Of a DNA stretch of 64,000 bases, positions 49,641 through 62,522 are shown one piece after another. A program made the position numbers and the translations under genes. Source of the stretch: Paraphysomonas bandaiensis (taxonomy: Eukaryota > Protista > Chrysophyceae); NCBI GenBank assembly GCA_965644295.1, contig CBFFRP010000064.1:1-64000 (forward strand), in the 5' to 3' direction. Position 1 is the first letter of the stretch. Every line of letters starts with the position of its first letter. A model generated the notes under the pieces. That model worked only from the letters and a program-made list of their open reading frames with translations. It was not told the origin of the DNA and did no database searches.

Positions 49641-49820
49641 TGAAATCAGCAGATGTCAGATATATTAACATTCTGCTCATTGCGTTTGCTTTGAGTGATA
49701 GCGAAGGTGGTTGCACCTTGGTGCTTTGCGGTGACACACAAGCACCTTTCGTAGCGTTAAATAGTAGGATATCAGTGTAAAGCACTGACTATTAAACGCT
49801 TATTGTTAATTGCTAATACA
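49641..49820 (+). mobile_element. Short retroposon 3' half (copy E)
   Basis: TCAGCAGATGTCAGATATATTAACATTCTGC...GTTGCACCTTGGTGC...TAGTAGGATATCAG; matches copy A. Confidence 0.82.
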
Positions 49821-51024
49821 CTACTAAGTAAGTGACTTGTCAATTTCATGGAAGGCGGTGCATAATCCACTGCGCACATATTAAAAAATTGCACTCTTGT
49901 TGCGACTCCATTTTTACCAATTCATTGAACTATCACCTCAGTTGATAACAATCAACTGAGGCGAAACACGAATATATTGCAATGAATATCAAATTCTATA
50001 GTAGTTGTGACTTAAGGCCCAACGTTTAGAAAGGTGGAAGAATTCGTTTCTATTTTTTGTCGTTGTTTAGTGTGTCTGCAACCTCGTTTGTCACTTTGTC
50101 TTTCTGTTTTCGCATCATATACTACGTATTTCTTACGTACACTGTAGTAACATAGTAGTTATATTATACCCGGCAGTACAGATTTCATTAGCCTCATAGC
50201 GTGATGTACAAATAGCTGAGTTTAGCTCTGCTATATGATACACTTTGCACAATATATTATTTTTCGTGTAAAATAGGTAAATAGAGTCAGAGATGGAAAG
50301 GGTTTCTTTACTTACGAAGGAGCCACCTGCGATTTCTGATCATAGATGCTCACAGATGCTCACTATATGCGACACGAATGTTACGTCAGGCGTGTGGATT
50401 AATAGCAACAATCAAGTTTTGAATTGTGAAATAAAGCAAACATATGATTCACTTCGTCCATATTTAACACTATAGTGGGAGATGAGGACACGAAGGACAT
50501 TGAGGTGATGGGGTTTGAGAATTATCAGTCTGAGGTCTCTGATCTGCATTGATGGCGAGTAGATCCGCATGTGTTTGGTAACGCAGAGGTGATGAAGTTG
50601 TCATCATGGGGGTATACATACACCACTGCACATACACTTCATGGCACTGTTACCATAACATACAGTTGCCATAGGCTCATATCCACACATCACCATATCG
50701 CCTCACCACACTGCACTGCACTGCAAGTGATACGAATATCTTCTCTATCCTCAATATCTATATGCAGCCGGAGCCCCTCCACGACATGCCCAGACACTAT
50801 ACTGCCGTAAAACGCCTATTTTTATATTAAAATTTCGGCAAATAGGGGAGAAAAATCACAAAACTCCTTATTTTCCTGTCAGTGGTGTTGGAATTCACTC
50901 AACCGTCCTTCATGGTAGCTAACATCAGCCCGATAATACTGATCTGCTACGCAACCATAACAGTCTAATTTGTTATTACTCTTCTGTTTGTGTAAGACTC
51001 TCATTGTTCTTTAGAGATATCAGT

Positions 51025-51989
51025 ATGAAGGTACTCATATATATGGTACTCATGTGCTGTCGTTTAGTGATATGCGAAACTACCACTTCAAGGAAACAAG
51101 ATCTGCTGGATCAAGTCCAAGCATGCTATAGAGTTGCAACTAAAGAATTAGGATGTGTGAACACAAATACTCTGCCTTACTCACCTCACAGTCGCAATGC
51201 ATTCGCTGTAGAAATGGATAATGTTTTACATCCCTGTCAGATCAGAAAGCTCTTTAACCTGACAGATTGTGTCATTACAGCTGAACCGGATAGAACTTAC
51301 GATAGGTAGGTACACCGATTTTATTATTGCGTATTTAAATTTGCTACTGTTAGAAACTTCAAGAGCAAAACGGGGAAATCAGTACCTGGAAATAGAGTGG
51401 CATATCTGAGTCGATATTTGGAAGTGATTGATCCGGATATATACACCAGTCTAATGAATGCTGCGTCACATATGGTTCAGTTTAAAGGCTGGGTTCCGGC
51501 GGATCTCTCCTCCTTAGGCGTGCGCACTGTAGAGTTCATCACCTACACGGCAGGTGCTGCACTTGTGAAGCACGCAGACACAGGCTCCATGTACACTATG
51601 ACTGTCATGCTGAGAAACGACTTCACTGGTGGCGAATTTCATGTCAAAAACTCAGATGGAGAGTATGTAGACTACAATGCAGCTGTTGGTACGGCGGTTA
51701 TGTTCGTTAGTGAGACTACTCACTATGTGTCTGAGGTGTGTACTGAGTATTGTGTGCGTTGTCGTACATATCCGTTTGGAACTTATTGTATATCTGGTGT
51801 AATATCTTATCGATACAGGTGACCTCTGGTACCAGAAATGTTCTAGCAGTAGAATTTTGGAAAAAGGCAGGATTGAGGTTCAGTGACTACCGTATTCACG
51901 TCAACTCATCTCGCACTCGTCTCACATCTACGCGGGGGGAGACAATCTGGCGAACTATTGATAATGATCCATTAACTGTATTAGCATAG
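51025..51989 (+). CDS. 2OG-Fe(II) oxygenase (P4H-like) with signal peptide; introns 51306-51353, 51736-51818
   Basis: H-x-D (KHAD), FTGGEF, distal His (THYV), Arg (GTRNVLAVEFW). Confidence 0.88.
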
Positions 51990-53286
51990 CTACTTGTTGC
52001 TTACCAGCAGCTGCTGTTTATCAATTTATATTGTAATTATTGTTCGATTTATTGCACTCACTGGCAACAGGCCATGTGTGTATGTAGATTTTATGTTACA
52101 TCGCTAGAGCTAAGTGTATCTAATTTATTGACATATATTTATCTTATACATCTTAGTCAACTTAAGTTAGTAATCTGTAGTGTGTTGCTGCCTCACCCGT
52201 ATTAGCCTTCGTACCCGTATAGCTACTAGTAGTATACTACTTCTTCTGATGTGAAGATAACCGACTAATGCACTGACTATAAATTCTATAAATGTCTTCA
52301 CAGTGCTTATGATTCGTCACAACTATGACTTCATAGTAGCTACTTAGAGAAGCTAACTAGTAGTAATCGGTACGTAGTAGTAGAAATGAAATTTAAGTAT
52401 TAAAGGGAATTAATAATGAGTATAGAGGAAACATACAGTGAGTACGAAAAAACTTGTTAAAACGGTGGTGCCATGATATAAACAAGATAAAAAAGCTCTA
52501 GTAGCTCACACATGAGAGGTAAAGAGTTGTGCATTTCACACATTATAGAAACCAGCTACAAATATTTTGGAGCAGTTGTGCCACAAGCGCTGTCATCATG
52601 GGATCTCCAAATGCCTAGATCACACTTCAAGGCCATAATGTCGCTGTAAAAGCAATACAACACTCTTTCTTTTCGGTTGCGAAGTGGTGAATACACAAAT
52701 AGAGAAGCGCAGACAAGCACTTAACATGCGATCCTTCATAGTTTAGATGCACCGTAGAGGTAGAAGCTCCACCCCAGTTTCATAGCTCCAACCGTTTGAC
52801 TCTCTCTGGCCATAGTTGGTTTGTGTCCATCCTTACTAGACACATTAGTAGACAAAAGCGAGATCCCAATGATCGGAGTGCACCGTTCACTACTACCCTA
52901 TGAGGCACATAGTCAGGAAGGTCCCCTTTGTGCAGTGTTTAGTACGACCTTCCATGTACACTGAGCGACATGTTGCGAAAAGGACAAAGAGGACAGTTTG
53001 GTTACATGAAATTGACAATATTCTAGTTACTCTGTACATCTCTGTACAATAATGCCAATTTCTGTGGTTTTTAGACAAGGAAACCTGTATGTTTTATGAT
53101 GTACTCATGTACATATGGTGTATTCATGCTGTATGCTGTGTAGGACTTCAACATAACGCATACGCACATACAGAGTCAGCATAACTGCACGGTACTCGTA
53201 ATCGTAGCCACCATCTTGCGTATTGACCATCGTAAATGCCATACTTCTCCCTGAGAAGATACCTCCATACCTAGTTCATCTCTGTC

Positions 53287-54813
53287 ATGAATGAGACGGT
53301 ATCAGGATACCTTGAGAAGCGTAGTAACAATATAAGAGTGTGGAATAAGAGATGGATGGTATTAGAGGGGGCTGAGCTCAGGAGATATGTAGACGAATCG
53401 TTATGTGAATTAAAAGGCGTGTTTCAAATCTCATCTAGCACTGAAGTGGAATCAATTCCACCTCATGGAAGTCGGAAGTACTTATTTACTCTCAGGAATC
53501 CTCTCAGTGGAGACTGTATGTACCTGTCTGCCGCTGATATGCAGCAGCTGGAGTCGTGGATGATGTGTTTGATTCAATCTATAAATGGTGATTTCCGGGA
53601 AGATGAGAATTTTGACTTCGGGAATGCCTCTGAGTGTACCCGGGGTTCTGGGTCGCAGTACACTTCCCTAGCATGTACCAGCTCCCTGGCGGATCGCATA
53701 TGCCACACCATGTCACATGAGGCTGTTGACGACACCGCCACTGGTGAATTAGAAGATGGAAATATTAACGAGATGGAAGGCTATCTGTATAAGGAGAGCC
53801 GTGGTTCACTGGGGCAGACTATCTGGCGGAAACGTTGGTTCGTGTTTCGCGACGGTGAACTTAGACACTACGAGAACAATCAGGCGGCAGCAATTTTTCC
53901 TGACAAGTATCGGAGCTGTCGTTTTATTGACAAGTACACTAAAGTACCGTTGCTAGCAGGACTATTGCGGGGACGGTCACACTGTTTTTCTGTTGTGACT
54001 ACTAATCCCTCACCTGGAGTATTCGATACACCTCGAAGTGTGTTGCGTTTATCAGCTGATGATGAGGACACTATGGTAGCCTGGGCTGTGGCGATAGAAC
54101 GAGAGGTGCGCCAACTTCGATACACGGAAGGAGGAAACTGGAGTGGACGTCAGCTAGAGCGGAGTACCTCTTCGGGGTGTTCAACATCTCCCAGATCATC
54201 ACCCAGACTATCCCAACGTGTCTCAGTTCGACGGGAATACCGAATTGACGAAAACAGAATTGTACAGCTTGTTCGGCGTAGACGAGGAGATTTACTGGAA
54301 GCTGACGAAGCGTACCGAGATTTTTATAGAGAATATTTTACGCATGCAGTATATGGGAAAGAGGATATAGTGGTAGAGGTATTCGAGAACCATCGCTATG
54401 TACCCGTAATAGGATGGAACAACCGCAATCTTCTCCGTAACGACCCCGCCAAGCTCTCAGATCGTAACGGAGTCAAATTTCCTAATCGATATCTTAGTAA
54501 AACGAACCCTCCTGTGGGTTATCGATGGCTAAATAGATCTGACCCTGAGATGACTGTGAGTGATAATTTGGGGGATGGAAAGTGTGGACATAGGACAGGA
54601 TACAAGCGCTTCTGCGTAGATTTTGATGAGGGACCATGTGATGAGGAAGGGTGGATGTATGCTCGGTCCTTTTTCGGTCCACCTGAAACAGTTTCTGGTG
54701 ACAGGAATGACGAAGTAAAGACCAGTAGCGTATCCTGGTGGCATGCAGCGCCTCAACCTGGAGATGTTGTCAGGCGTAGAAAGTTATTTAGAATAGCTCG
54801 TCTACATGTCTGA
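53287..54813 (+). CDS. Tandem PH domains + DysF (dysferlin/Pex24) domain protein
   Basis: SGYLEKR..WNKRW...SW and EGYLYKE..WRKRWF...AW PH motifs; VFENHRY..IGW, DEEGWMYA and VRRRK DysF motifs. Confidence 0.88.
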   Translation: MNETVSGYLEKRSNNIRVWNKRWMVLEGAELRRYVDESLCELKGVFQISSSTEVESIPPHGSRKYLFTLRNPLSGDCMYLSAADMQQLESWMMCLIQSINGDFREDENFDFGNASECTRGSGSQYTSLACTSSLADRICHTMSHEAVDDTATGELEDGNINEMEGYLYKESRGSLGQTIWRKRWFVFRDGELRHYENNQAAAIFPDKYRSCRFIDKYTKVPLLAGLLRGRSHCFSVVTTNPSPGVFDTPRSVLRLSADDEDTMVAWAVAIEREVRQLRYTEGGNWSGRQLERSTSSGCSTSPRSSPRLSQRVSVRREYRIDENRIVQLVRRRRGDLLEADEAYRDFYREYFTHAVYGKEDIVVEVFENHRYVPVIGWNNRNLLRNDPAKLSDRNGVKFPNRYLSKTNPPVGYRWLNRSDPEMTVSDNLGDGKCGHRTGYKRFCVDFDEGPCDEEGWMYARSFFGPPETVSGDRNDEVKTSSVSWWHAAPQPGDVVRRRKLFRIARLHV

Positions 54814-56146
54814 GTATTATACTATGATATAAAAAACACATGTTCATAAAATGTATTTTTATAAGTGACAGTATACATATAGTATACATATTTACCAGTT
54901 ATACTATTAACAATTATTATCCTTTCATTCATTACCCTTTCTGTAGTCAATATCATATGCTTACTGACTGTCTCTTACATACTAGAAGAATCGGGTGCAT
55001 AACTATTCAAATTGCTTTGCGTGCACCAAGTTTAGGAATAATGATTAGCAGATCGATTCCGGAAAGTACTAGCAATATGCATTGGTTATACAGCGCTTTA
55101 CATGTTCTTTAAGAGATATTCTTTACAGTAATTATAGTTTCACAAGCGGTATACACGTATACACTAAGTAATAAACATTGTACAAAAGTGTAAAACAGAT
55201 TAAGTATACAAGTTCTCAACGCTTAGGGTCACAGAAATAAACAAGACCTCGCAATATAGCTCTACGTAATTTCTGCAAATCGTCATGCAAGATATTGTTT
55301 ACATTAAATAAAAACAACTTCTAATATCATGTGGGTTCGATGAGAGTTCAACTGAGACACAGAAACCAATAATGAAAGAGTCCGCCTTCCACTGAATTCA
55401 ATGTCGTCAGTGTCTTATCAGTTACCAACACGACCATTCAAAGATCCATGCCATAGTATGAGACGGCACAGTGTATAATCCAAAAGGCTCAGTGGGTCTC
55501 TGTATAGGGCGCTATATCTCAATGAGCTACTGCAGGACCACATCAGAGCATCCTACCATAGGTTCAATAATAGGGATTACTGCTTACAAGGTACCTTACT
55601 CGAAGTAATCGTCATATGGGGAACTATATGGCCATATTCCTGTTGAACTCTACATCTGGATACAATACACATACAGTACACTCCTACATGCAGAAATCGC
55701 GGTTTACCAACATCTTTATCTAAAAAGCCCTGTTTACCAATAGTTTTCTCCAATACCACCAATTTCTCTTACCATCGTCAGTATCACTAAAACAAAAATC
55801 CGGAATAGTTAACCCACTCCTTCAGCTGCTGTATGCAATGCGTTCATACTCTGTACTTCACCATTTTACACTTTTGTATCGGCATGCTTGGTGTATTTTT
55901 GTTCAAAGATGCCTCGAATATTGAGACAACAATTATCTGTATTCCAGCCGTAGTTGTATTACAGTTATATAGAGGATTTTAGCTTCAATTTATTTCCGAA
56001 AAATAAGATGCATACGTCGTCTTTTTTGGGTGTCGAATTTCCGCTTCAAACTTCAACTTCTTAAGGAGTGGTTTGGGTTCAGTAGATGCCCATAAGCTCA
56101 CTATACATACTCATATCGTGTATGCCCCATAGAGAATAACTATCCA

Positions 56147-58933
56147 ATGGAGACATATGATGAAGAAGAAGGTGTGGCGTTACTTCCTCGTGATGACTCA
56201 TCATTTGTCTCTACTAAAAACCAGCAGTATACAATGATCAGTGTGAGTGGGAGACAGGGAGATATATATTTCCGCAGACCTCATGACGCGACTGTTGTAG
56301 AACCTCTTGAAGCATTCGCACCTCTTCACTTACGGCCCATACAGAAACTCTTTCTCTCACATCAGCCCACACGAATCAAATCCAGCCCTCCTTTCGTTCC
56401 GTATTGTCGCTTTGCAAGGAACCGTTCATTTGGACTCTATTGGATCACAGAGTTTCGTCACTGGTGGAAGTGGACTCGTCTTATTGTACGTCTAGCTGGA
56501 TTATATGCGTATACTCAGGATGAGCTCAAGTGGATGGCTCTATTAGCTCTTAATATCGAGAAGCGTAAGGGACCGAAGAAGGCTCTCAAAATGGCTAAAA
56601 GGATGGGACAGGGTGGAAGTATGCGTCCATTTCTGAAGGATATTCAGACGTTTACACGAGGAGTGCGTATTTTTGTTGCTTCCTGGCGGTGGTACGAAGC
56701 TGCTCCTTGCAGACATTGGGAGGTAGGAGTGGAGGAGTATATGGCCTTCATCGGGAACCGAGTGTCACGGTATTACGCACGAGATTTTGTGGACTGGTTT
56801 GGAGCTACGATTATTATCCCGTTAGTAATCCAACTGGTTGATGCTGGGATATTAGAGAAAAAACATTGGCATGCTGACGTGGTGCTCGTATCGCTGGGAG
56901 TAATGCGCGCGATTGCACCTTTTCTGGCCTCTTTTCAGGTAACCCAACAAGATAGCCGCATGCTGGTTGATTTGTTCATATAGGGCTCTCGTCTTGGACG
57001 AGCACTGACTTATGGTGCTTACCACGCATCAGAGGATCGATGGACACCGACCATGCGTATCAACGACCTGAATCTCACCTCCCCAGACTGCTGCGAACCG
57101 GATGAGGTGGCACCTATGGGCTTAAACTCAGAGCTTGTAGAACTGGCTAAGAAAATAGCAACAGCTCTGGGGAAAGGATCATCAGGACATAGTCAGATGG
57201 ACCACCGCACAGACAAGTATTTAATTGATATTGGTTTTCATCAAATTGGGGCGGGGTCTGGGGGATATGCTGTTTACTCTTATCAACGTGGCCATGTAAC
57301 ACTCTTGTTACATGTGACCCCTCATGGCCCGTCTATATACGATGAATTACCAAGGTATATTGTACTTGAACGTGTAAAGGCTCAGCAGACAGAGTGGACC
57401 TGGTTCAACTATGTATCCTATCATATGTGCAACGGGCCGTCCCCTCCTACCATAGATGGATATTGCTTCAAAGGAGCTTTCTTTTCACCCTACCAGTTTG
57501 CTGCAATGAAAGAACGGTATGATGAAGAATTAGAAGCTTATGAGAGAGCATGCAAGCGAATGTGTGGGGCGAAAGAATCCTCTGATATGCTTCCTCCTAC
57601 TGATTTAGTTAGTCTGAAGGCTTTCTTGGAGACAGGTCGGACGGAAAAGCAGAAGAAGAAGATTCGGGCGAGAGAGAAAGAGCTACAACGCACGGTTGAC
57701 GCTCTTGCTCAAAATATTTCATCCAAAATGAAAAGGGGGTCCGGAGAGGGAGAATGCCACGCTCCTCGCGGGGTTATTCTATACTTTGAGGGTCTAGATT
57801 GTGCTGGGAAATCGTCAACCGGCAAACTCGTTTTGGAGGCGCTACAGCGAGCCAACTATCAAGTGTATTACAGACAATACAATAGGCCCCCCACAGAAGA
57901 ACAGCTACGTCATCCATGGATGGACCGCTTTGAAAAACCTCCAGTACCTCCCAATGGTAACACCTGATGTGTGGTTGCATTAGCTAGTTTAATTGTGTAT
58001 TCTATAGAGTCTGGTGCATCGTATCAATCCTCGGAAGGTGTAGCCGTCGAGAAAGAAACGTCACATTGTCAGGATCACCAGCACACTGCCGTTGTATGGG
58101 TGAGTACATCAGTCGTAATGTATGTGCTTTTTACCGTTGTGCGTAGGATCGGGGACCTGCAGGTGACTTTGTTTACGGATCTTACGCTACAGCATTTGAT
58201 TCGGAGCGATCACAACGCTGCAAAGAGTTCATGGATTTTGATGCCGAATGTCGTGCGGAAGGAATTTTGTTTTGCAAATTACTATTTGTGACGGATAGAG
58301 ATTCAATAGCACGCACTTTAGGAAAACGGCTGGCGCATAAAAAAATAGCACAAGACTTGCACGCATGGCTGGATGCTAGTACTGGTCATCGGAAGGGAAG
58401 TATCAATCGAGAGGGTTTGGATGAAATCGATAATCACATAGACCCTACAGACTTTGTTGCCTTCAATTCTTATCACAACAACCTCAAAAAGTTTGTTAAC
58501 TTCGCTAAGCACACTGATACGTCTGCGGCTTCTCGGTGGTTTAACCCCTGGCTGGTGCGTATCTTGTAGAAATATATCACGTAACTGATGATATCATGAA
58601 ATTCAGGTTATTTCAACAACCAAGCGTCATCCGGCCCGTGTACAGTTGTTACAACGATTCACGCAGCAATTGGACCGATTTAGTACACCCCTGACTGCGC
58701 AACCGGGATTTTGTGCTCGTTTTTGTCAATATCTTGGTTTCAGAGGCTCGACTCATCCTGCCGATCCACATATTACGTCTTCTCTCCTGAACCAAGATGA
58801 GGACCTGCGGACATTTAGAAAACATATTCGTCTTCGGTTGAGAGCCGTAATCATCACTATGATACTCCTATTTTTGGTGCATCTTTACATTATTCAGTCT
58901 AATGATTTGTCTGATGGTGGTGGAAGTAGATGA
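56147..58933 (+). CDS. Polyphosphate kinase 2 (PPK2)-domain protein with TM segments; introns 56939-56983, 57957-58007, 58100-58146, 58555-58606
   Basis: Walker A FEGLDCAGKSS, PTEEQLRHPWMDRF, and Walker B VW/DRG joined across a splice. Hydrophobic segments N-terminal to the domain and at the C-terminus. Confidence 0.85.
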
Positions 58934-59091
58934 GTAGGAACTTGCGTGATGTAATGTTGCTATATCGACCAAGTAACATCGTGAGGATAATGTAGACCAT
59001 GGAAATGGTCTTAATGCATACATGATATAGAATCAGTCATGAATAAATTAATGATTTGGAATATATATTAATTTTATGTCGCAGCCAAAGA

Positions 59092-59461
59092 CTAGTAGTG
59101 AATGTCTGAGTATTAGCAATAGAAGTGTAAGAGTCAGAACTAATGTAGCAAAACTCTGATATCCTACTATTTAGCACTAAGAAAGCTGCTTGTGCGTCAC
59201 CACAAGCACCATGATGCAACCACTTGACAGCCGGTATGCTTGACTTCAGTAGGCAGCCTAATACCCCGGATGCCCTTGAGGTGGGACCATTCCCGGGTCC
59301 TGTTTATTCGTCAAAGCCCAAAGACGTCTACACAAGTTGCACTAATCAGTGTCCCTTGTACTAGCCATGTGGGAAGAACAATATCTGTTGATTATATATG
59401 TGGCTCACGGTACTTATCCCTCAGAACACCACAAATAGGTGCGAGGCCGACTTGTTGAGGG
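59092..59461 (-). mobile_element. Short retroposon copy F (both ends present; P4 and J4/2 of the ribozyme deleted)
   Basis: Reverse complement starts CCCTCAACAAGTCGGCCTCGCACCTATTTGTGGTGTTCTGAGGGATAAGTAC|CGTGAGCC and ends ATTGCTAATACTCAGACATTCACTACTA. Confidence 0.88.
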
Positions 59462-60734
59462 AACCAAAAGTAATAATCCCTTTATACCTTGATTTCCTTA
59501 CTCTACAGACAGATATTTATACCGAGTAGGTACTAGTAAATATTAAGGACCTATATTTGGCCCTATTTAATTTATTTTTAAAATAGCGTGGAAATCCTTT
59601 GCTATATTTAGAAGAAATAAGCGGTCAATGATTAACGTTACGAAAACAACTTAAAAACTAAAGTATTGTTTCAAATCGATGGAAGCTACATAAAAGGGAA
59701 AAAATCATATAATATTAAACTACAACTAACTCATACATACGCTTATAAAGTTTGTTAAAGTATATCGCTGGTAGCTATTCTGTATTCTATATATGCAGCA
59801 ATGACATACAGAATCTACTGGACTACAATATTAGGAGTTGATATTACATATACAAAGAAAATGAAAACTATAGTAGCTGTTCAAGAAGTGATTTGTAAAA
59901 TAAATTATTATTGATGTTGGCGATTGATATGTTTCCAAAATCACAGTGTTACAACATCACAATTCGTTTTGCTGTATCTCTCCTAACATATTTAGATTGA
60001 AGTACTGTGAAATTTAGAGTATGATTTAATATAAAATCGTATAATTTACTGAAAGTACATATAACATATAACATATAGATTAAGATAGAAGAATGTTTCT
60101 GTTTGAACCGAATATTGTATTGAAAATGAAATCCTAAATTTTCCTGGTGATAATATCCTAATATGAGCGTTATGTTGAACCCAATTAAGGCAGTAAATTT
60201 TTTTTCCAGATAAAATGGGTATAAGGATTTAAGCAACAATAGTAACTTAAAGTTTATTGGTATTTTCCACGAAAGTATAACTATTGTTTGCATACTAGGA
60301 GAGTTAACAGTGCGAAATGATCTCATGAAAAAGATAGAGTTAAATTGACTTTGAAGAAAGTCAATTCTGTTGATGTATTCCTTATTTCCTTATAGGATGG
60401 TCATGGTGATGTGGGCTTGATTGGCAAATGAAAGATTAACAGATATTTTGTTAATCGTTTGGTTGAATATTTATATTCTTTCTTGGAAAAGTATTAAGGA
60501 TAAAGCAAGTTTACGGTTTACGTAGTACGAGGTTAATCTCAGTGATGTGTTCAAATATAACATCCTGAAAGTTTTACACGTATGATACGTGTACATAACA
60601 TAAAATAAATACCACACACACGAATTTGTGCAACCTCGGAAATGCCACAGTGCTGTACGTTTTGATGGAGCTATAATCTAATATATACTAATAACAAAAC
60701 ACATAGAAGCAGCTGTCACACTGTAGCAACATTG

Positions 60735-61907
60735 CTATTTAGTCTCTTCGCCCATGACGTCGTTCGCAGTATCACCTGCCGAATTGTTTCTGGATCTCTT
60801 CGGACGCTGTCTCACTTCAGCTACAGTCTTCTTAAATGCGTGCCCTAGCCGCACTTGATTGACACTCTTCCGAAGGCTCTCTAGAGCAGCAATCCTGTAT
60901 TTCTCTGGAACACCAACAATATTAGAGAATTTGCTTGCATCAATAACAATCTTCTGGCCTCGTTCCATTGCCTCAGAAGGTGAGACAGTGTAACAATTAT
61001 CGAAATCGTACCCTATCTTTATATTAGATGGTGGATAGCGGATAGTTTCTGAGTGGTGAACACCTAAAAAAGTGTCATATCCGCTAACAACAACTTCAAT
61101 ATACCCCGAGAAGTTATTAAGGTCTACTCCATACAAAGGAGAACTCTTGTCTATCACATGAGAACAGTTTGTCGCAACCGACCCTCCTCGATGTAAGGTC
61201 TGCGCATTGAGATATTTCACTTCACTATAATTCTCGCCCTCGTACGAAATTGTATTTATAACGGATACCATTTTAACGGACATGTCCGACATGTAGTGGC
61301 CCAATGGACAATAAAACCGACATTGAAAAAGGAGTTGGCCATTACGCAGTTTCACAATAGCATATTTGGATAGTTGTCCTGCGGGATGAGGAGTACGCAA
61401 TTTACTGACCACGAGACCAATACATGCCATATTGAAGAAAAACTGGCATATAGAGAAGAGAAAAAATGCTCCGGAACAGAGCCCATCATGACTCATATTC
61501 GGACCATATCCAGTGAGAACCTGTGCTGCCAGTCCCATTAAGGTCGCCATAATATTACCAAAACTATATTTGTTTCCATCAATGATTAAACAGCCTGTAT
61601 GAGTGTGTTATATGACATGGCCGTATATATATGTGTGTGTACCTGTCATGTTAATAACCACAAACAGTATTAACGTAATCATAAACCATATCGAGCAAGA
61701 ATACAGTAATATCAATGCAACAGTGCTGTTTGATATGGTCTTTATAGCCCCATTGACAACAGATGATTCGCTATAGGGCAATACAAGGGCCCCTGATCGT
61801 CCTAATGTTAACATCTTCTGTTGAGTTTGAAATGCTATGCTTTCAGTTTGTTGCATTTCGATATCATCACATGGAGTTTGATTTATTAAAGGAGTTGTTT
61901 CTTTCAT
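60735..61907 (-). CDS. Inward-rectifier (Kir-like) potassium channel; intron 61595-61642
   Basis: TM1, pore QVLTGYG, post-filter Cys, TM2 ending GLVVSKL..P; cytoplasmic domain with SKYAIV, EGE and HVIDKSSPLYG. Confidence 0.9.
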
Positions 61908-62522
61908 CTTATCAATCTGCTGCTAGTTTATGTTAATAGATACTATACATGAGCATATATATACACATGCATAGAGATAGATGCATAGATACATGTACGT
62001 GTATGATCATATACATCTACAGTATGTACATATATACATACAGACCGAGGTGTGTGTTCTTTCTGTATGTCATCAGCAGGTCCCTTCTAAGGGAAATGTG
62101 TGTATGTAACTCAGATATGGTCCGTTTTGGGTGTGAGAATTATAAAACTATTGGTTTTATAAAAAGTTGGGACTTTTATGTTTTTATAGAGACAGTACCT
62201 GCATGCACAGCGTTGGCCGGTATACCTCCCGTATACCATGTATACAACACTGGTCGCACTGATTTTCTATCTGCCAATTCAGCAAATCAGATAGTCGGAA
62301 ACAACAATGGACATCACTGATTGGTCATATGTCCAATAGGAGGGGTGGACACACTGCTATGTAAACATATGTTGCAACCCATAACATATGAAACAAGTGG
62401 TGAGGAGTGCTTTGAATCACTTGCATATGGTAATGGCTACCAAACGCTTCGATTCAAGACTAAGATGAATATTCCTTGTCACATTATTACGTTTTAGTCC
62501 TTCATACGAGTTCTAAGCTAGA

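Noticed and set aside
55330-55355. GGTTCGA B-box-like motif
   Set aside because: No tRNA cloverleaf around it.
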